This document shows, one piece after another, positions 1 through 9,933 of a DNA stretch of 64,000 nucleotides. The notes under the pieces were generated by a model. The model was not told the DNA's origin, did no database searches, and saw only the letters and a list, made by a program, of their open reading frames with translations. This DNA is from an uncultured bacterium (GTDB taxonomy: Bacteria; Patescibacteriota; Minisyncoccia; Phycocordibacterales; CAIRYW01), in NCBI GenBank assembly GCA_963766885.1, contig CAVYBO010000002.1, forward strand, positions 86,097 to 150,096. The letters are read 5' to 3'. The translations under genes and the position numbers were made by a program. Position 1 is the first letter of the stretch; every line of letters begins with the position of its first letter.

Positions 1-507
1 CTAAAGTTGCTTTACAGCTTCTTCTAGAAAAGTTTTATCACGAGCAACAATAAATGGCCCGTTATAATCCCTTGGAATATTTTTTGAAACCAATTCTATT
101 GCTTCTGATATTGGAACCCAAATTGGTGCTATAAAACCTTCATCAATTTCATGTTTGGTAAAATCTGTTTTACCTTTTTCTCCTATCACTTTTGCAATAA
201 AACAATAAGAAGTTTGTTTTAGAGAAGATTGATTCGCTCTGAATTCAAGAATTTCACCAAGTTCTTTTATTATTTCAATTTCACAACCGATTTCTTCCAT
301 ACATTCTCTTTTTGTTGCATCAATAATTTCTTCGCCATCTTCAATGCCTCCACCTGGAAGCTTATAATAATTATGTTTCGTTACTGGAAGCAAAGCCACT
401 AAATTATTTTCATCAAATACCACAGCTCTTGCAGCCCGCCTAACCCTAAAATTGGAGGCTTCTTTTTCTGTAACATTTTCCGGGTTTATTGTTGCTAGAT
501 GTTTCAT
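1..507 (-). CDS. Nudix hydrolase
   Basis: Nudix box GGGIEDGEEIIDATKRECMEEIG; TAG stop at 1-3. Confidence 0.9.
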   Translation of the reverse strand: MKHLATINPENVTEKEASNFRVRRAARAVVFDENNLVALLPVTKHNYYKLPGGGIEDGEEIIDATKRECMEEIGCEIEIIKELGEILEFRANQSSLKQTSYCFIAKVIGEKGKTDFTKHEIDEGFIAPIWVPISEAIELVSKNIPRDYNGPFIVARDKTFLEEAVKQL

Positions 508-511
508 TTAT

Positions 512-952
512 TTAATATTTATCCCACCCAAACTCCGAGTAAAAAATTCCTTTCCTGTAGCATTCGATGGCTTCTCTGATATATGGAATAGTATTATCCG
601 GTAAATTACTGATATCAAACCAACTAAGATCACTACATTTGTTTGGTTCGGTGTTTGTGATTTCTCCTTTCCATTTTTTTGACTCAAAGAAGAAATCTAT
701 TCTTTCGTCATTACCTATTCTGTGCATTACTACTTTTAAGTCTAAATCATTCGGATCAATGTCCACTCCGCTTTCTTCTTTTGCTTCTCTGGCAGCTGCA
801 AAAGTCATAGCTTCGTTTCCATCTACATGTCCTGCAACAAGACTATAGTTTCCATCTTCATATCCTGTATTTGTTCTGCGAAGAAGCAGTGTCTTTTCTT
901 CTTTTCTGAAGAACAAGTAAACTGATGCAATTAATTTAAATTTTTCTTTCAC
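512..952 (-). CDS. Nudix hydrolase (MutT-like)
   Basis: Nudix box AGHVDGNEAMTFAAAREAKEESG; TEPNKC motif. Confidence 0.9.
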   Translation of the reverse strand: MKEKFKLIASVYLFFRKEEKTLLLRRTNTGYEDGNYSLVAGHVDGNEAMTFAAAREAKEESGVDIDPNDLDLKVVMHRIGNDERIDFFFESKKWKGEITNTEPNKCSDLSWFDISNLPDNTIPYIREAIECYRKGIFYSEFGWDKY

Positions 953-1365
953 GTTATTTTATTCAAATCACCATTTAGTATAACCGGTTTCATTGCTTCA
1001 AGCTCATCACGGTAAGATAAATTTGGTAGAGGATTCAATATATAAATTAGTTTATCAAGTACATGCGCAAATCCCATTTCAAGAAAAGTATTACCACCAA
1101 TGTATCCTTCAATCCCTTTCTTTTCTTCATTAATTACGAGTACTAAATCGTAGTCTTTCATTTTCTCGTAATAATCTTTTATTAGATTATTGTCTATTTT
1201 ATTTTTTACGCTTTCCTTTGGATTTGCATGTGTGTAATTGTTGGCGACATATCTTTTTACACCCCAAGGAATTTCTACTTCGAAACCTTTTTGTTCTAAT
1301 TCTTTCTTGATGCGGAGTACCTTATCGGCCGCTGATATTGAACAACAAATAATTATTTTTTTCAT
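949..1365 (-). CDS. Nucleoside 2-deoxyribosyltransferase-like (TIR/NDT fold) protein
   Basis: N-terminal IIICCS strand and GYIGGNTFLEMGFAH motif. Confidence 0.6.
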   Translation of the reverse strand: MKKIIICCSISAADKVLRIKKELEQKGFEVEIPWGVKRYVANNYTHANPKESVKNKIDNNLIKDYYEKMKDYDLVLVINEEKKGIEGYIGGNTFLEMGFAHVLDKLIYILNPLPNLSYRDELEAMKPVILNGDLNKIT

Positions 1366-1369
1366 TAAA

Positions 1370-1978
1370 TTATTTTTTTAATGCTACTCCTTTGTAACGA
1401 TAAAAAAGTGGTCTGAACTCCTCTTCTGACTTTTCAAGACTTAAAATCTTAAAACCAGCACCAGTGATCAAGTCATCCATCTTTCTATCCAGATTACATC
1501 CTCCTGCATACCATTTTGAAAAAGGGTTACATATTTTTTGTAATCTACCATTAATTTTTTTTGGCGATAGGCCGTGCTCGATGAAAAATAATTTTCCTTC
1601 TGGTTTTAGGACTCTTATTAATTCCTTTAGTGCTAATGGCAAGTCTGGAATACTACATAAACTCCAAGTAGAAACAATTGTATCAACACTATTCGAAGCC
1701 AAAGGAACATTTTCAGCAGATACATTCAAATGTTCAACTGGAAATTTAGCAGTACGGATTCTCTCTTTGGCAAGATTATATAATTCAGAAGAGGGATCAA
1801 TAGCATATAGCTTTGAAACATTTTTATAGAAAGGAAGATTTAATCCTGATCCAAAACCAACTTCAAGCACAACTCCAGAAGCATCTTCTACCACATCTGC
1901 TCGGGTTTTTTCTGTATCTTTGTCATCCATCTCGTAGTTCAGTAGTCTGGGTAAGATGTATTTATTGTAGAGGTTCAT
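1370..1978 (-). CDS. Class I SAM-dependent methyltransferase
   Basis: VLEVGFGSG motif I; RVLKPEG; GGCNLDR. Confidence 0.88.
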   Translation of the reverse strand: MNLYNKYILPRLLNYEMDDKDTEKTRADVVEDASGVVLEVGFGSGLNLPFYKNVSKLYAIDPSSELYNLAKERIRTAKFPVEHLNVSAENVPLASNSVDTIVSTWSLCSIPDLPLALKELIRVLKPEGKLFFIEHGLSPKKINGRLQKICNPFSKWYAGGCNLDRKMDDLITGAGFKILSLEKSEEEFRPLFYRYKGVALKK

Positions 1979-1983
1979 AAATT

Positions 1984-3774
1984 TTACTCCAACACCGCTT
2001 TTATTCTTCTAACTCCTTCGCTTACAGCTTCTTCTTTTTGTATTTTGAAGGTGCCTTTGAGTTCGGAAGTGTTTTTGACATGTGGGCCGCCGCAGAATTC
2101 TTTGGAAAAAGCGTGTTCCAAATCATTGCCAATATAATACACATTTACTCTATCTCCATATTTGTCTCCAAAAAAGTGCAACGCGCCGGTTTTTTCAGCT
2201 TCATCCTTTGGCAGATTGATTAAATTCACAGGCAAAGCCTCGAAGATTTTTTCATTTACGATTTCTTCGACCTTTTTTCTTTCCACATCTGTCATTTTCT
2301 TTGGATGAGTAAAGTCAAAGCGGAGGCGCTCTGGTGTGATGTTACTTCCCTTTTGTGACACGTGATTTCCCAAAACTTCTCGCAGTGCTTGATGAAGCAA
2401 ATGTGTGGCTGTGTGATATTGAATTGTTTTTTCGTCTGTTCCGCCAAGTCCGCCTTTAAACTTTTTCTCTGCGCCAGCGCGAGAAAGTTCTTGATGTTTT
2501 TTAAATTCTTCTTCAAATTGCTTGTCATCAATTGCAATCCCCTTTTCCTTTGCTAATTCTTTTGTCAATTCAAACGGAAATCCGTATGTAGAAAAAAGCA
2601 CAAATGCTTCCTTACCAGAAATTCCGTCAGAATATATTTTTTCAAATTGTTTTATCCCATCTTTCAAAGTTTTTCTAAACTTCTGCTCTTCTTTATCAAT
2701 TTCTGTTTTGATTGTTTCTTTTTTTTGTCCAAGTTCGGGATAAACATTTTTATATTTTTCAATCACACTATCCGCAATCCAAAAAAGCGAGCTACGCTTC
2801 ATTCCCAATTTGTCTGCGTGCAGGACTGCCCTTCGCAAAAGCCGCCGCAACACATATCCTTGATCGGTGTTTGATGGCGCCACGCCGTCGCCGATCAAAA
2901 AAACCGCGCTGCGAATATGGTCTGCAATTATCCTTTTGGATCTGCCAAGTTCTCCGTCTGCTGTGGAAAATTCATTTATTTTTTCAATAATAGGAACAAA
3001 TAAATCAGTATCAAAAACAGTTATCTTGCCCTGCACAACTGTCGCGACTCTTTCAAGGCCAGAGCCAGTGTCAACGTTTTGAGATCTTAGTTTACCGATT
3101 ATTTTGCCGTCTTTTTTCTCATATTCCATAAACACATCGTTCCAAATCTCGATTATTTCTCCCTTGTCATCCATTTTTACAAATTGTTTGGGCGTCAGGC
3201 CGTTTGTGTGCTTGCCGCTTGGGTCGTAAAACATTTCGCTGTCTGGGCCGCACGGGCCGTTATCTCCAGGACTCCACCAATTATTTTTGGCTGGCAAAAA
3301 GAAGATTCTTTCTCCCTTGATTTTGTTTCTATCAAAAATTTCCTGCCAGATTTTTGCAGACTCTGTATCGCGCGGAGCGTTATCGTCCCCTTCAAAACAA
3401 GTTATGTAGAGCCTGTTTGGATCCAAACCAAAACCTTCTTTCTTTGAAGTCAAAAGTTCAAAGCTCCAATTGATTGCGTCTTTTTTAAAATAATCTCCCA
3501 AAGACCAATTGCCAAGCATTTCAAAAAAAGTCAGGTGGCGATTGTCGCTGACTTCTTCAATATCATTTGTGCGAAGGCATTTTTGCACGTCCGCAAGCCT
3601 TTTGCCTTTGGGATGAGGCGTTCCAAGCAAATAGGGCACAAAAGGCTGCATGCCTGCGGTATTAAAAAGCACCGAAGGATCATTCTCTGGCACCAAAGGA
3701 GCGGAAGGAATAATTGCGTGCTCCCTTTTTTCAAAAAATTTTAGGAATCTCTGGCGGATTTCTTCGGAATTCAT
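1984..3774 (-). CDS. alaS: Alanine--tRNA ligase, short form without C-Ala domain
   Basis: LFNTAGMQPF, HLTFFEMLGNWS, HTATHLL and EFCGGPHV editing motifs; ends at GVRRIKA. Confidence 0.97.
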   Translation of the reverse strand: MNSEEIRQRFLKFFEKREHAIIPSAPLVPENDPSVLFNTAGMQPFVPYLLGTPHPKGKRLADVQKCLRTNDIEEVSDNRHLTFFEMLGNWSLGDYFKKDAINWSFELLTSKKEGFGLDPNRLYITCFEGDDNAPRDTESAKIWQEIFDRNKIKGERIFFLPAKNNWWSPGDNGPCGPDSEMFYDPSGKHTNGLTPKQFVKMDDKGEIIEIWNDVFMEYEKKDGKIIGKLRSQNVDTGSGLERVATVVQGKITVFDTDLFVPIIEKINEFSTADGELGRSKRIIADHIRSAVFLIGDGVAPSNTDQGYVLRRLLRRAVLHADKLGMKRSSLFWIADSVIEKYKNVYPELGQKKETIKTEIDKEEQKFRKTLKDGIKQFEKIYSDGISGKEAFVLFSTYGFPFELTKELAKEKGIAIDDKQFEEEFKKHQELSRAGAEKKFKGGLGGTDEKTIQYHTATHLLHQALREVLGNHVSQKGSNITPERLRFDFTHPKKMTDVERKKVEEIVNEKIFEALPVNLINLPKDEAEKTGALHFFGDKYGDRVNVYYIGNDLEHAFSKEFCGGPHVKNTSELKGTFKIQKEEAVSEGVRRIKAVLE

Positions 3775-3800
3775 GCCAATAAATGTAGCATATTTAGTTT

Positions 3801-4427
3801 TTATTTAAAATTCTTCAATATTTCAAAATCTTTTAGCAGAGTTTCTCTCATACCACCGTTGTAGAGCGCTGCAGCAGGATGATAAAAAGGTATTATTTTT
3901 ATTTTCCCAAAACTTGCATCTGCTTCGTAACTTTTGCCATGGGCTTTGGAAATTGATTCAAGGTCAAGAAACAGCTCAAATTTTTCCATTATGTATTGCA
4001 TTGAAAATCGGCCGAGCGTTGCAATTACTTTGGGCTGGATTATCTCAATCTGTCTATCAAGAAATCCTCCATAAGAGGCAATTTCTTCTGGAGTCGGGTC
4101 TCTGTTTTCTGGCGGACGGTCTTTGACTATATTTGTGATGTAGACGTCTTTTCTATCCAATCCAACATGATTTAAGAGTTCATCTAAAAATTTGCCCGCA
4201 GCTCCGCAAAACGGCCGGCCTTTTTCTGCTTCATTCTTTCCTGGCGCTTCCCCAACAAACATTATTTTGGCAAAGTGACTTCCCTCTCCAAGCACTGGAA
4301 AGTATTTATTTTCTGTTCGGTATTTATACAAAGGCAAAGTTTTAAGTCCCGCAACTTCATCGCGAATTACTTTGAGTTTCTCTCTTCTTTCAGCGGTTTG
4401 TTTTTCTTGTTCTTTTTCAGATGGCAT
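3801..4427 (-). CDS. Uracil-DNA glycosylase, family 4
   Basis: GEAPG, GRPF, RPPENRDP, HPAA motifs. Confidence 0.93.
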   Translation of the reverse strand: MPSEKEQEKQTAERREKLKVIRDEVAGLKTLPLYKYRTENKYFPVLGEGSHFAKIMFVGEAPGKNEAEKGRPFCGAAGKFLDELLNHVGLDRKDVYITNIVKDRPPENRDPTPEEIASYGGFLDRQIEIIQPKVIATLGRFSMQYIMEKFELFLDLESISKAHGKSYEADASFGKIKIIPFYHPAAALYNGGMRETLLKDFEILKNFK

Positions 4428-4701
4428 TTTCTCTCATCAAAATTTCTCTTTTGTTTTTGCCTTGAAGACCGTTGTATTTGCCAATTTTGCCGTCGGAATT
4501 TATTACTCTGTGGCACGGTACGTTTTTGTCTTGATTTGCTTTCATAATATTGCCAACAACTCTAAAAGCGTTTGGAGATCCGGCGCGCTTTGCAACTTCC
4601 TTGTAGCTTAAGGTTTTGCCTTTTGGAATTTTCTTTACGATTGCCAAAACTTTTTCTTTAAAAGAGGGTTTCTTTGATTTCTTCTTTATTTTTGTTGTCA
4701 T
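4417..4701 (-). CDS. MGMT/Ogt family DNA-binding methyltransferase domain protein
   Basis: IPKGKTLSY...VPCHRVI active-site motif. Confidence 0.88.
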   Translation of the reverse strand: MTTKIKKKSKKPSFKEKVLAIVKKIPKGKTLSYKEVAKRAGSPNAFRVVGNIMKANQDKNVPCHRVINSDGKIGKYNGLQGKNKREILMRENAI

Positions 4702-5491
4702 TGTTTTCTTTTTTAGATTTTATAAATTTGTTTGATTCTTCTGCGGCAAATTTTCTATATGCGCAGTATTCGCAGGTTTCTGACGGCTCTGGAATTCCTT
4801 TCTGTTCCAAAAGTTCTTTGATTTCTAAAATCTTTTTATGAACCCAAGAATCATCCCCTTTATGTGCAATTAATGTTACATCAAACTCCAATTTGCCGTC
4901 AAAAGCTTCCTTGTCTTTTCTGCCGTTTACGTATACGAAATAGCCAGTATCTGAAACTTTAAATCCTTTTTTGCGAAGCAGCCACTGGTAAACTTCCATC
5001 TGCCTTTTGTACTGTGTCTGCCACTTTGTATCGTCAAGCGAATCCATATTACCGTCTTTGCTTGTGGCTTTGTAATCAACGACAATCAGATTGCCTTTCT
5101 TGTCCACCCACACATCATCAATTGCTCCAGTGATAAGCATACCGGTTTCTTGGTCTTTGTATTGAATGCCGACAAAATTTTCTCTCCATTTGTCCAAATC
5201 TTCGTGGCTAAGCGGAATTGCATCAACGCCATATTTTTTCATTAATGGATGCGATTCATTCTTTGCTCTGTGAATGTCAAATTCTTTTTTCAAAAGGGCG
5301 TCAACTGCGATGTTTAGTGTAAAAGACGGTCCTTTTGGCCTGCCGATGCCGAACTTATTGTCAATATAGAAGCATCTTGGACACTCCATAAATAAATCAA
5401 TTTTGGAACGGGATAATTTCCAATTATTGCCGCCGTAATTCCAGGCAACACCTCGAATTTTGGGTTTGGATTCATAAGACATTAGGCTCAT
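4658..5491 (-). CDS. PD-(D/E)XK nuclease family protein (RecB/Cas4-like)
   Basis: LSRSKI..CPRCF, GAIDD, VVDYK, QMEVY, CEYC. Confidence 0.85.
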   Translation of the reverse strand: MSLMSYESKPKIRGVAWNYGGNNWKLSRSKIDLFMECPRCFYIDNKFGIGRPKGPSFTLNIAVDALLKKEFDIHRAKNESHPLMKKYGVDAIPLSHEDLDKWRENFVGIQYKDQETGMLITGAIDDVWVDKKGNLIVVDYKATSKDGNMDSLDDTKWQTQYKRQMEVYQWLLRKKGFKVSDTGYFVYVNGRKDKEAFDGKLEFDVTLIAHKGDDSWVHKKILEIKELLEQKGIPEPSETCEYCAYRKFAAEESNKFIKSKKENNDNKNKEEIKETLF

Positions 5492-6558
5492 TCTATCACG
5501 CCGCCGCCGAGGCAGATATTTTTGTCGTAAATTACCACTGACTGCCCGGCGGCTGCTGTTTGTGGCTTTTGGAAAACCACACCAAATACATTGTTTTTTT
5601 GCTCAATTTTTACATTTTGCAGTTTTTGATGATAGCGAATCTGCGCCTGGTATTTTTTGTTTTGTTTCGGCATTTCGTTTATCCAATTTGTGTTTCCAAT
5701 CAAAACCCTTCTTGAAATTTTATCTGACTCTTCCTTTAAATCCGCTTTAATTCCCACAGTAATTGTGTTTTTGGAAATATCTTTGTTGATTATATAGAGC
5801 GGCTTGTCATGATCTGTCTTTGCGGTGATTACAAATCCATGCCGCTCGCCTATTGTATAAAAAACAGCGCCATCGTGATGTCCTATAACCCTTCCGAATT
5901 TGTCCAGAACATCTCCTTTGTTAATTTCTATATAATGCGACAAAAATTCCTTCATACTTATGTTGCCAATAAAGCAAATTCCCTGGCTATCTTTTTTTTC
6001 TGCGTTCGGCAAACCGATTTTTTTGGCAATTTTGCGCACTTCTCGCTTCTCCAAGTTTCCAACCGGAAAAATAATTTTAGAAAGCTCAAATTGGGTTAAA
6101 GTCCAAAGAAAATAACTCTGCTCTTTTTCCTCATCAAAGCTTTTAAGCAAATCAAACTTTCCGCCTTTTTCTTTTATCTGAGCGTAATGTCCTGTAGCGA
6201 CAAAATCCGCTCCCATAGAAATTGCTTTTTTGAGAAAAGCGCCAAACTTTATTTCCCTATTGCACATTACGTCTGGATTCGGAGTTCTGCCTGCTTTGTA
6301 TTCAGAAATCATATAATCCGCAACACTTTCCTTATATTCTTTTTCCAAATCAATTGTCACAAAAGGAATTTCCAAATGGGCTGCGGCGCGCATTGCATCG
6401 CGCCGCTCTTCCTTCCAAGTACACTCCATCCATTCAGGCTGCCAAGTCTTTATAAAAGCGCCAACAACATTAAATCTCTGCTTTTTTAGCAGATATGCAG
6501 ATACAGAGCTATCAACTCCGCCCGACAGGCCGACAAAAACTGTTTTATTTTTTATCAT
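5488..6558 (-). CDS. mnmA: tRNA 2-thiouridine(34) synthase
   Basis: SGGVDS, TPNPDVMCNREIKF, ATGHYA, DSQGICF. Confidence 0.97.
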   Translation of the reverse strand: MIKNKTVFVGLSGGVDSSVSAYLLKKQRFNVVGAFIKTWQPEWMECTWKEERRDAMRAAAHLEIPFVTIDLEKEYKESVADYMISEYKAGRTPNPDVMCNREIKFGAFLKKAISMGADFVATGHYAQIKEKGGKFDLLKSFDEEKEQSYFLWTLTQFELSKIIFPVGNLEKREVRKIAKKIGLPNAEKKDSQGICFIGNISMKEFLSHYIEINKGDVLDKFGRVIGHHDGAVFYTIGERHGFVITAKTDHDKPLYIINKDISKNTITVGIKADLKEESDKISRRVLIGNTNWINEMPKQNKKYQAQIRYHQKLQNVKIEQKNNVFGVVFQKPQTAAAGQSVVIYDKNICLGGGVIE

Positions 6559-6559
6559 T

Positions 6560-7549
6560 TTAATTCAAATACTTTGCCACGTTTGCTTTGTGTTCGGCAA
6601 ATGTAACCGCATAATGCACGTTTCCATCTGTCCCTGTCAAGAAATACAGATAAGCAGTTGTCTTCTTCAATACCACAGCATCATAAGCCGCATTAAGAGC
6701 ATCAAGTCCCGGGTTTGAGATTGCAGTCGGCGGAAGTCCGACATTCAGATAAGTATTGTAAGGAGAATTTATTTTTAGGTCAGCAGGCGCCAAAGAGTCC
6801 GGATCTTTGCTCAGAGCGTAGCCGACCGTTGCATCAGATTCAAGAGGAATATTATTGTTCAATCTGTTTTCAAAAATCTCTGCAACAGTTTCCATATCAG
6901 CTGGCTTTTGAACTTCCTTTTGGACAATAGAAGCAATGGTTACCACTTGTCCTTCGGTATTTTTATTCAAAGCAACAATTTTTGGATTTTCAGATATGAA
7001 TGTTAGATTTAGTTTTTGAACAATGTAGTTTTCAGGGGTTCCGGGGACAAAGAAATATGTATCAGGAAACAGATAACCCTCCAAGGGCTTTGCATCAGCC
7101 AAAAAAGTAGTTTGATTAAACCCGGGCAAATCTGGGGTTAGCCGATTTGCCATATCTTTAGAAGTGAATCCTTCTGGAAAGGTTATTTTAACTTTTGGAA
7201 TTCCGTAATTTCCTACTGCAATTTTATAGGCAATACTTAAAATATCGTCGTAACTTTTAAATTTATAGGGCCCCTCAATTACTTTGCCTTTATCTAAAAT
7301 TATTGAGGAGATGTCAAATAAAGACGGAGACCAAATAATGCCACTGGCGTAAAGTTTTTTGCCAACGGTTTTAATAGTGTCTCCTTTTTCGACAAAAATC
7401 TTATTTCGCGAATTAAGATTTGGTTTGGGCATCAAAACTATAAGCAGTAAAAAAACAAAAATTATAAAAATAATTTTGAAAACCAATATAAAAATTTTCA
7501 TAAACTCGGTATTGTAATCAAAAGGAGTATTTGTTTGGCTTTCTTCCAT
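6560..7549 (-). CDS. mltG: Endolytic transglycosylase
   Basis: N-terminal TM, EGYLFPDTY, ASIVQKE, SPYNTY..GLPPTAISNPG. Confidence 0.93.
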   Translation of the reverse strand: MEESQTNTPFDYNTEFMKIFILVFKIIFIIFVFLLLIVLMPKPNLNSRNKIFVEKGDTIKTVGKKLYASGIIWSPSLFDISSIILDKGKVIEGPYKFKSYDDILSIAYKIAVGNYGIPKVKITFPEGFTSKDMANRLTPDLPGFNQTTFLADAKPLEGYLFPDTYFFVPGTPENYIVQKLNLTFISENPKIVALNKNTEGQVVTIASIVQKEVQKPADMETVAEIFENRLNNNIPLESDATVGYALSKDPDSLAPADLKINSPYNTYLNVGLPPTAISNPGLDALNAAYDAVVLKKTTAYLYFLTGTDGNVHYAVTFAEHKANVAKYLN

Positions 7550-7554
7550 CTTAA

Positions 7555-8778
7555 TTATATTGGAAGATTTGAAGGAGCGTCAGATTTTTTGGCTTCTATT
7601 CTTTGAATTGTCGGGGTCTTGGCAACTTCTCCTGGGAAGTGATAGATCGTAGCTAGACTTTCTGTATTCATTGTAAAGAAATGCATTTTAAATGGATCGT
7701 GAAAAGCTGCTCGAAGCTGGAACGTCTCAAGAGCGTGGTGTTTTTTGTGGATTAATTTTTTTCCCGAGAGATCCTGCCAGGGATATTTGAAGCTTGTTTC
7801 ATGGTCGTTTTCAAAACTGTTTAAATGCGCGGAATTGTATTGTTTGAATGAGCCGTTAAAACCTGCGATGCTTGATTCGTTGAATTTATCTACTGGGGCT
7901 AAATATATTCCTCTGATACAGGTGTCGAAAGCCAACTTAGAGATATTCTGCTGAATGGAATCTATAACTTCTTTATCCTTTTTTGAAAGAGCTGAGCCTT
8001 CAATACTGATTCCATTTAAATCAGTTTTTCCGCTTTCCTTTAATTTTTTAACTTCCTCTTTTCCATGGTAAGTCCAGTCTACCTTTTCAAACCAGGTGCC
8101 TGGCTTTTGGCGCTCTTTTTTGTGAGCTCGAATTATAATTTGCAACCACGCCTCCTCTCCTGCTCGTAAAGATCCCATATATTCGAGAAGCGGTGTCATG
8201 GGATCGATTTTAAATTCCTCATCAGGATTCTTGTCCATCCCATAATAAATATAGGAAAGGATCGGGTAATGGTCGGCTTTTGAAAGCCTGAAATTTGAGC
8301 CCCATAAATCAATTTTCCTTTTATCAAAATGCGCACGCTGCGTGTAATCCTTCACTTCAGAAACTTCAACATCCGGAAATTGAGCGTATATTGATGAAAC
8401 AACAAAATCTTTCCAAAATTTCCAAGTCCAAATATAGAAGTGAATTTCTCCGCCAAATGAAGCAATTTCAAGTGAGAACCAAGGACGCACTTTTCCGTTA
8501 ACGTATTTTGCTATCCATGTGCTTTCGCCTTTGGTCTGATAAAGCGAAGAGAGAAAAAGCTCCATTGCCAGCGGAGATTTTGGCAACAGTTTTGAAAGCT
8601 TTACTTCCAAAATGCAGGGTTCTTGAGAAAGGATAAATTTATTTCGCTTGTAGGAAAGATAATTTTTGAAGCAGAGGCTCAAAAAAACAATTGGCCCAAA
8701 AAGTATCGCCAAAAGCCACGCGTATCCAATAGCAGAAGTTATAATGTCCTGAAAAGGGCTAATTAAATTCGCATTCAT
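7555..8778 (-). CDS. Conserved CPR membrane-anchored hypothetical protein
   Basis: N-terminal TM; FSLEIAS, LQIIIR, LATIYHFP motifs recalled from a Patescibacteria family. Confidence 0.6.
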   Translation of the reverse strand: MNANLISPFQDIITSAIGYAWLLAILFGPIVFLSLCFKNYLSYKRNKFILSQEPCILEVKLSKLLPKSPLAMELFLSSLYQTKGESTWIAKYVNGKVRPWFSLEIASFGGEIHFYIWTWKFWKDFVVSSIYAQFPDVEVSEVKDYTQRAHFDKRKIDLWGSNFRLSKADHYPILSYIYYGMDKNPDEEFKIDPMTPLLEYMGSLRAGEEAWLQIIIRAHKKERQKPGTWFEKVDWTYHGKEEVKKLKESGKTDLNGISIEGSALSKKDKEVIDSIQQNISKLAFDTCIRGIYLAPVDKFNESSIAGFNGSFKQYNSAHLNSFENDHETSFKYPWQDLSGKKLIHKKHHALETFQLRAAFHDPFKMHFFTMNTESLATIYHFPGEVAKTPTIQRIEAKKSDAPSNLPI

Positions 8779-8823
8779 TAAAATATAATAACATCTATCT
8801 ATAAATGCAGAAAACTGAAAAAC

Positions 8824-9858
8824 TTATTTTGCCAAACCGTATCTGTTTTCTTTGTCCTTCTTAAAATACTTGGAATTTTGAAGATTAACCATAATCGTGT
8901 TTTCCTTGACATATCGTTCTTTCATTACTTTTTCAACAATTTCCTTTTTGGTCAGAGGACCGTTTTTTTCTAGAATCTTTTTGATAACATCTCTTACGAT
9001 GCCGTTAATATAGCCCCACTCAGTAAGAGCATAAAGTCCTCGTCCGACTAGTACGAAGCGCGGGTCTTTTATCAGTTCGTTGTGTGTTGTCGCAACATGG
9101 GCTTTTTTAGAAAACATTTTTTCTATGGATTTTGCCACCTCGCTAAAATGAATCGGAGAGCCGTGTTTTCTAATTGCGAGGTATGCGTAATCTCTGATGC
9201 CTTTTACCGAAACATTTTTAGAATCTGCCATTCCCCATTCTCCCAAAGGATTCTTGCCGATTTTTTTAGATATTGAAAGCCAGCGCTTGAGCACTTCGGC
9301 ATCGCGATAATTTTGGTTGATGTCTTCCAGGTGTTTGAGAAATCTCTCAATTATTTCCGATTCCGGCAAAAGTTCGTCGTCAGAAAGCGATTTGTATAAT
9401 TTTTTCAGCGCTTCTTCAACTTTTCTTGCGTCTGGGTCGCTTATATGCCACCGATGCTTAAAGTCTTCGTCTTCTTTAGAACGCTTGAACATATCTCCTG
9501 CCACCAAAAGAAAATAAAGATGGTTCTGAAGAGATTTGTCTTTTGGCGCCATTAAATTTAGAAAATCTTCTTCTGCAATGATGCCGCCAAGAGACGAAAT
9601 TTGAGATTTGAGTTTTTCAAAAATTTCCGATGATTCTTTGTAGGTTTTGGACTTTCTTATATTCGCAAGAGCGGCGTTTTCGATTTGTCTTACACGCTCC
9701 CTTGTTATGTGATATTTCTGGCCTATGGCTTCCAGCGTATTTTTTTCTTGGTCTTTTCCAAGCCCGAATCTTGATATCAGAACATCGCGTCCTTTTGGAG
9801 TTATTCCGTCGAGAAGTTTTTTAACTATTGATTTTGGCTTGAAGTCTAATGTAGCCAT
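8824..9858 (-). CDS. Sigma-70 region 4 plus HARE-HTH (RNAP delta-like) protein
   Basis: TLEAIGQKYHITRERVRQIE; HNELIKDPRFVLVGRGLYALTEWG. Confidence 0.82.
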   Translation of the reverse strand: MATLDFKPKSIVKKLLDGITPKGRDVLISRFGLGKDQEKNTLEAIGQKYHITRERVRQIENAALANIRKSKTYKESSEIFEKLKSQISSLGGIIAEEDFLNLMAPKDKSLQNHLYFLLVAGDMFKRSKEDEDFKHRWHISDPDARKVEEALKKLYKSLSDDELLPESEIIERFLKHLEDINQNYRDAEVLKRWLSISKKIGKNPLGEWGMADSKNVSVKGIRDYAYLAIRKHGSPIHFSEVAKSIEKMFSKKAHVATTHNELIKDPRFVLVGRGLYALTEWGYINGIVRDVIKKILEKNGPLTKKEIVEKVMKERYVKENTIMVNLQNSKYFKKDKENRYGLAK

Positions 9859-9933
9859 TTTGAAGGTTTTAATCGTTTAATCTAAGCTGTTACCTATTAT
9901 TTCTATCATTGTTAATAATTAAAGTCAATAGCA

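Noticed and set aside
4658-5491. Cas4 and a CRISPR locus
   Set aside because: No cas1/cas2 and no repeat-spacer array seen in the window.
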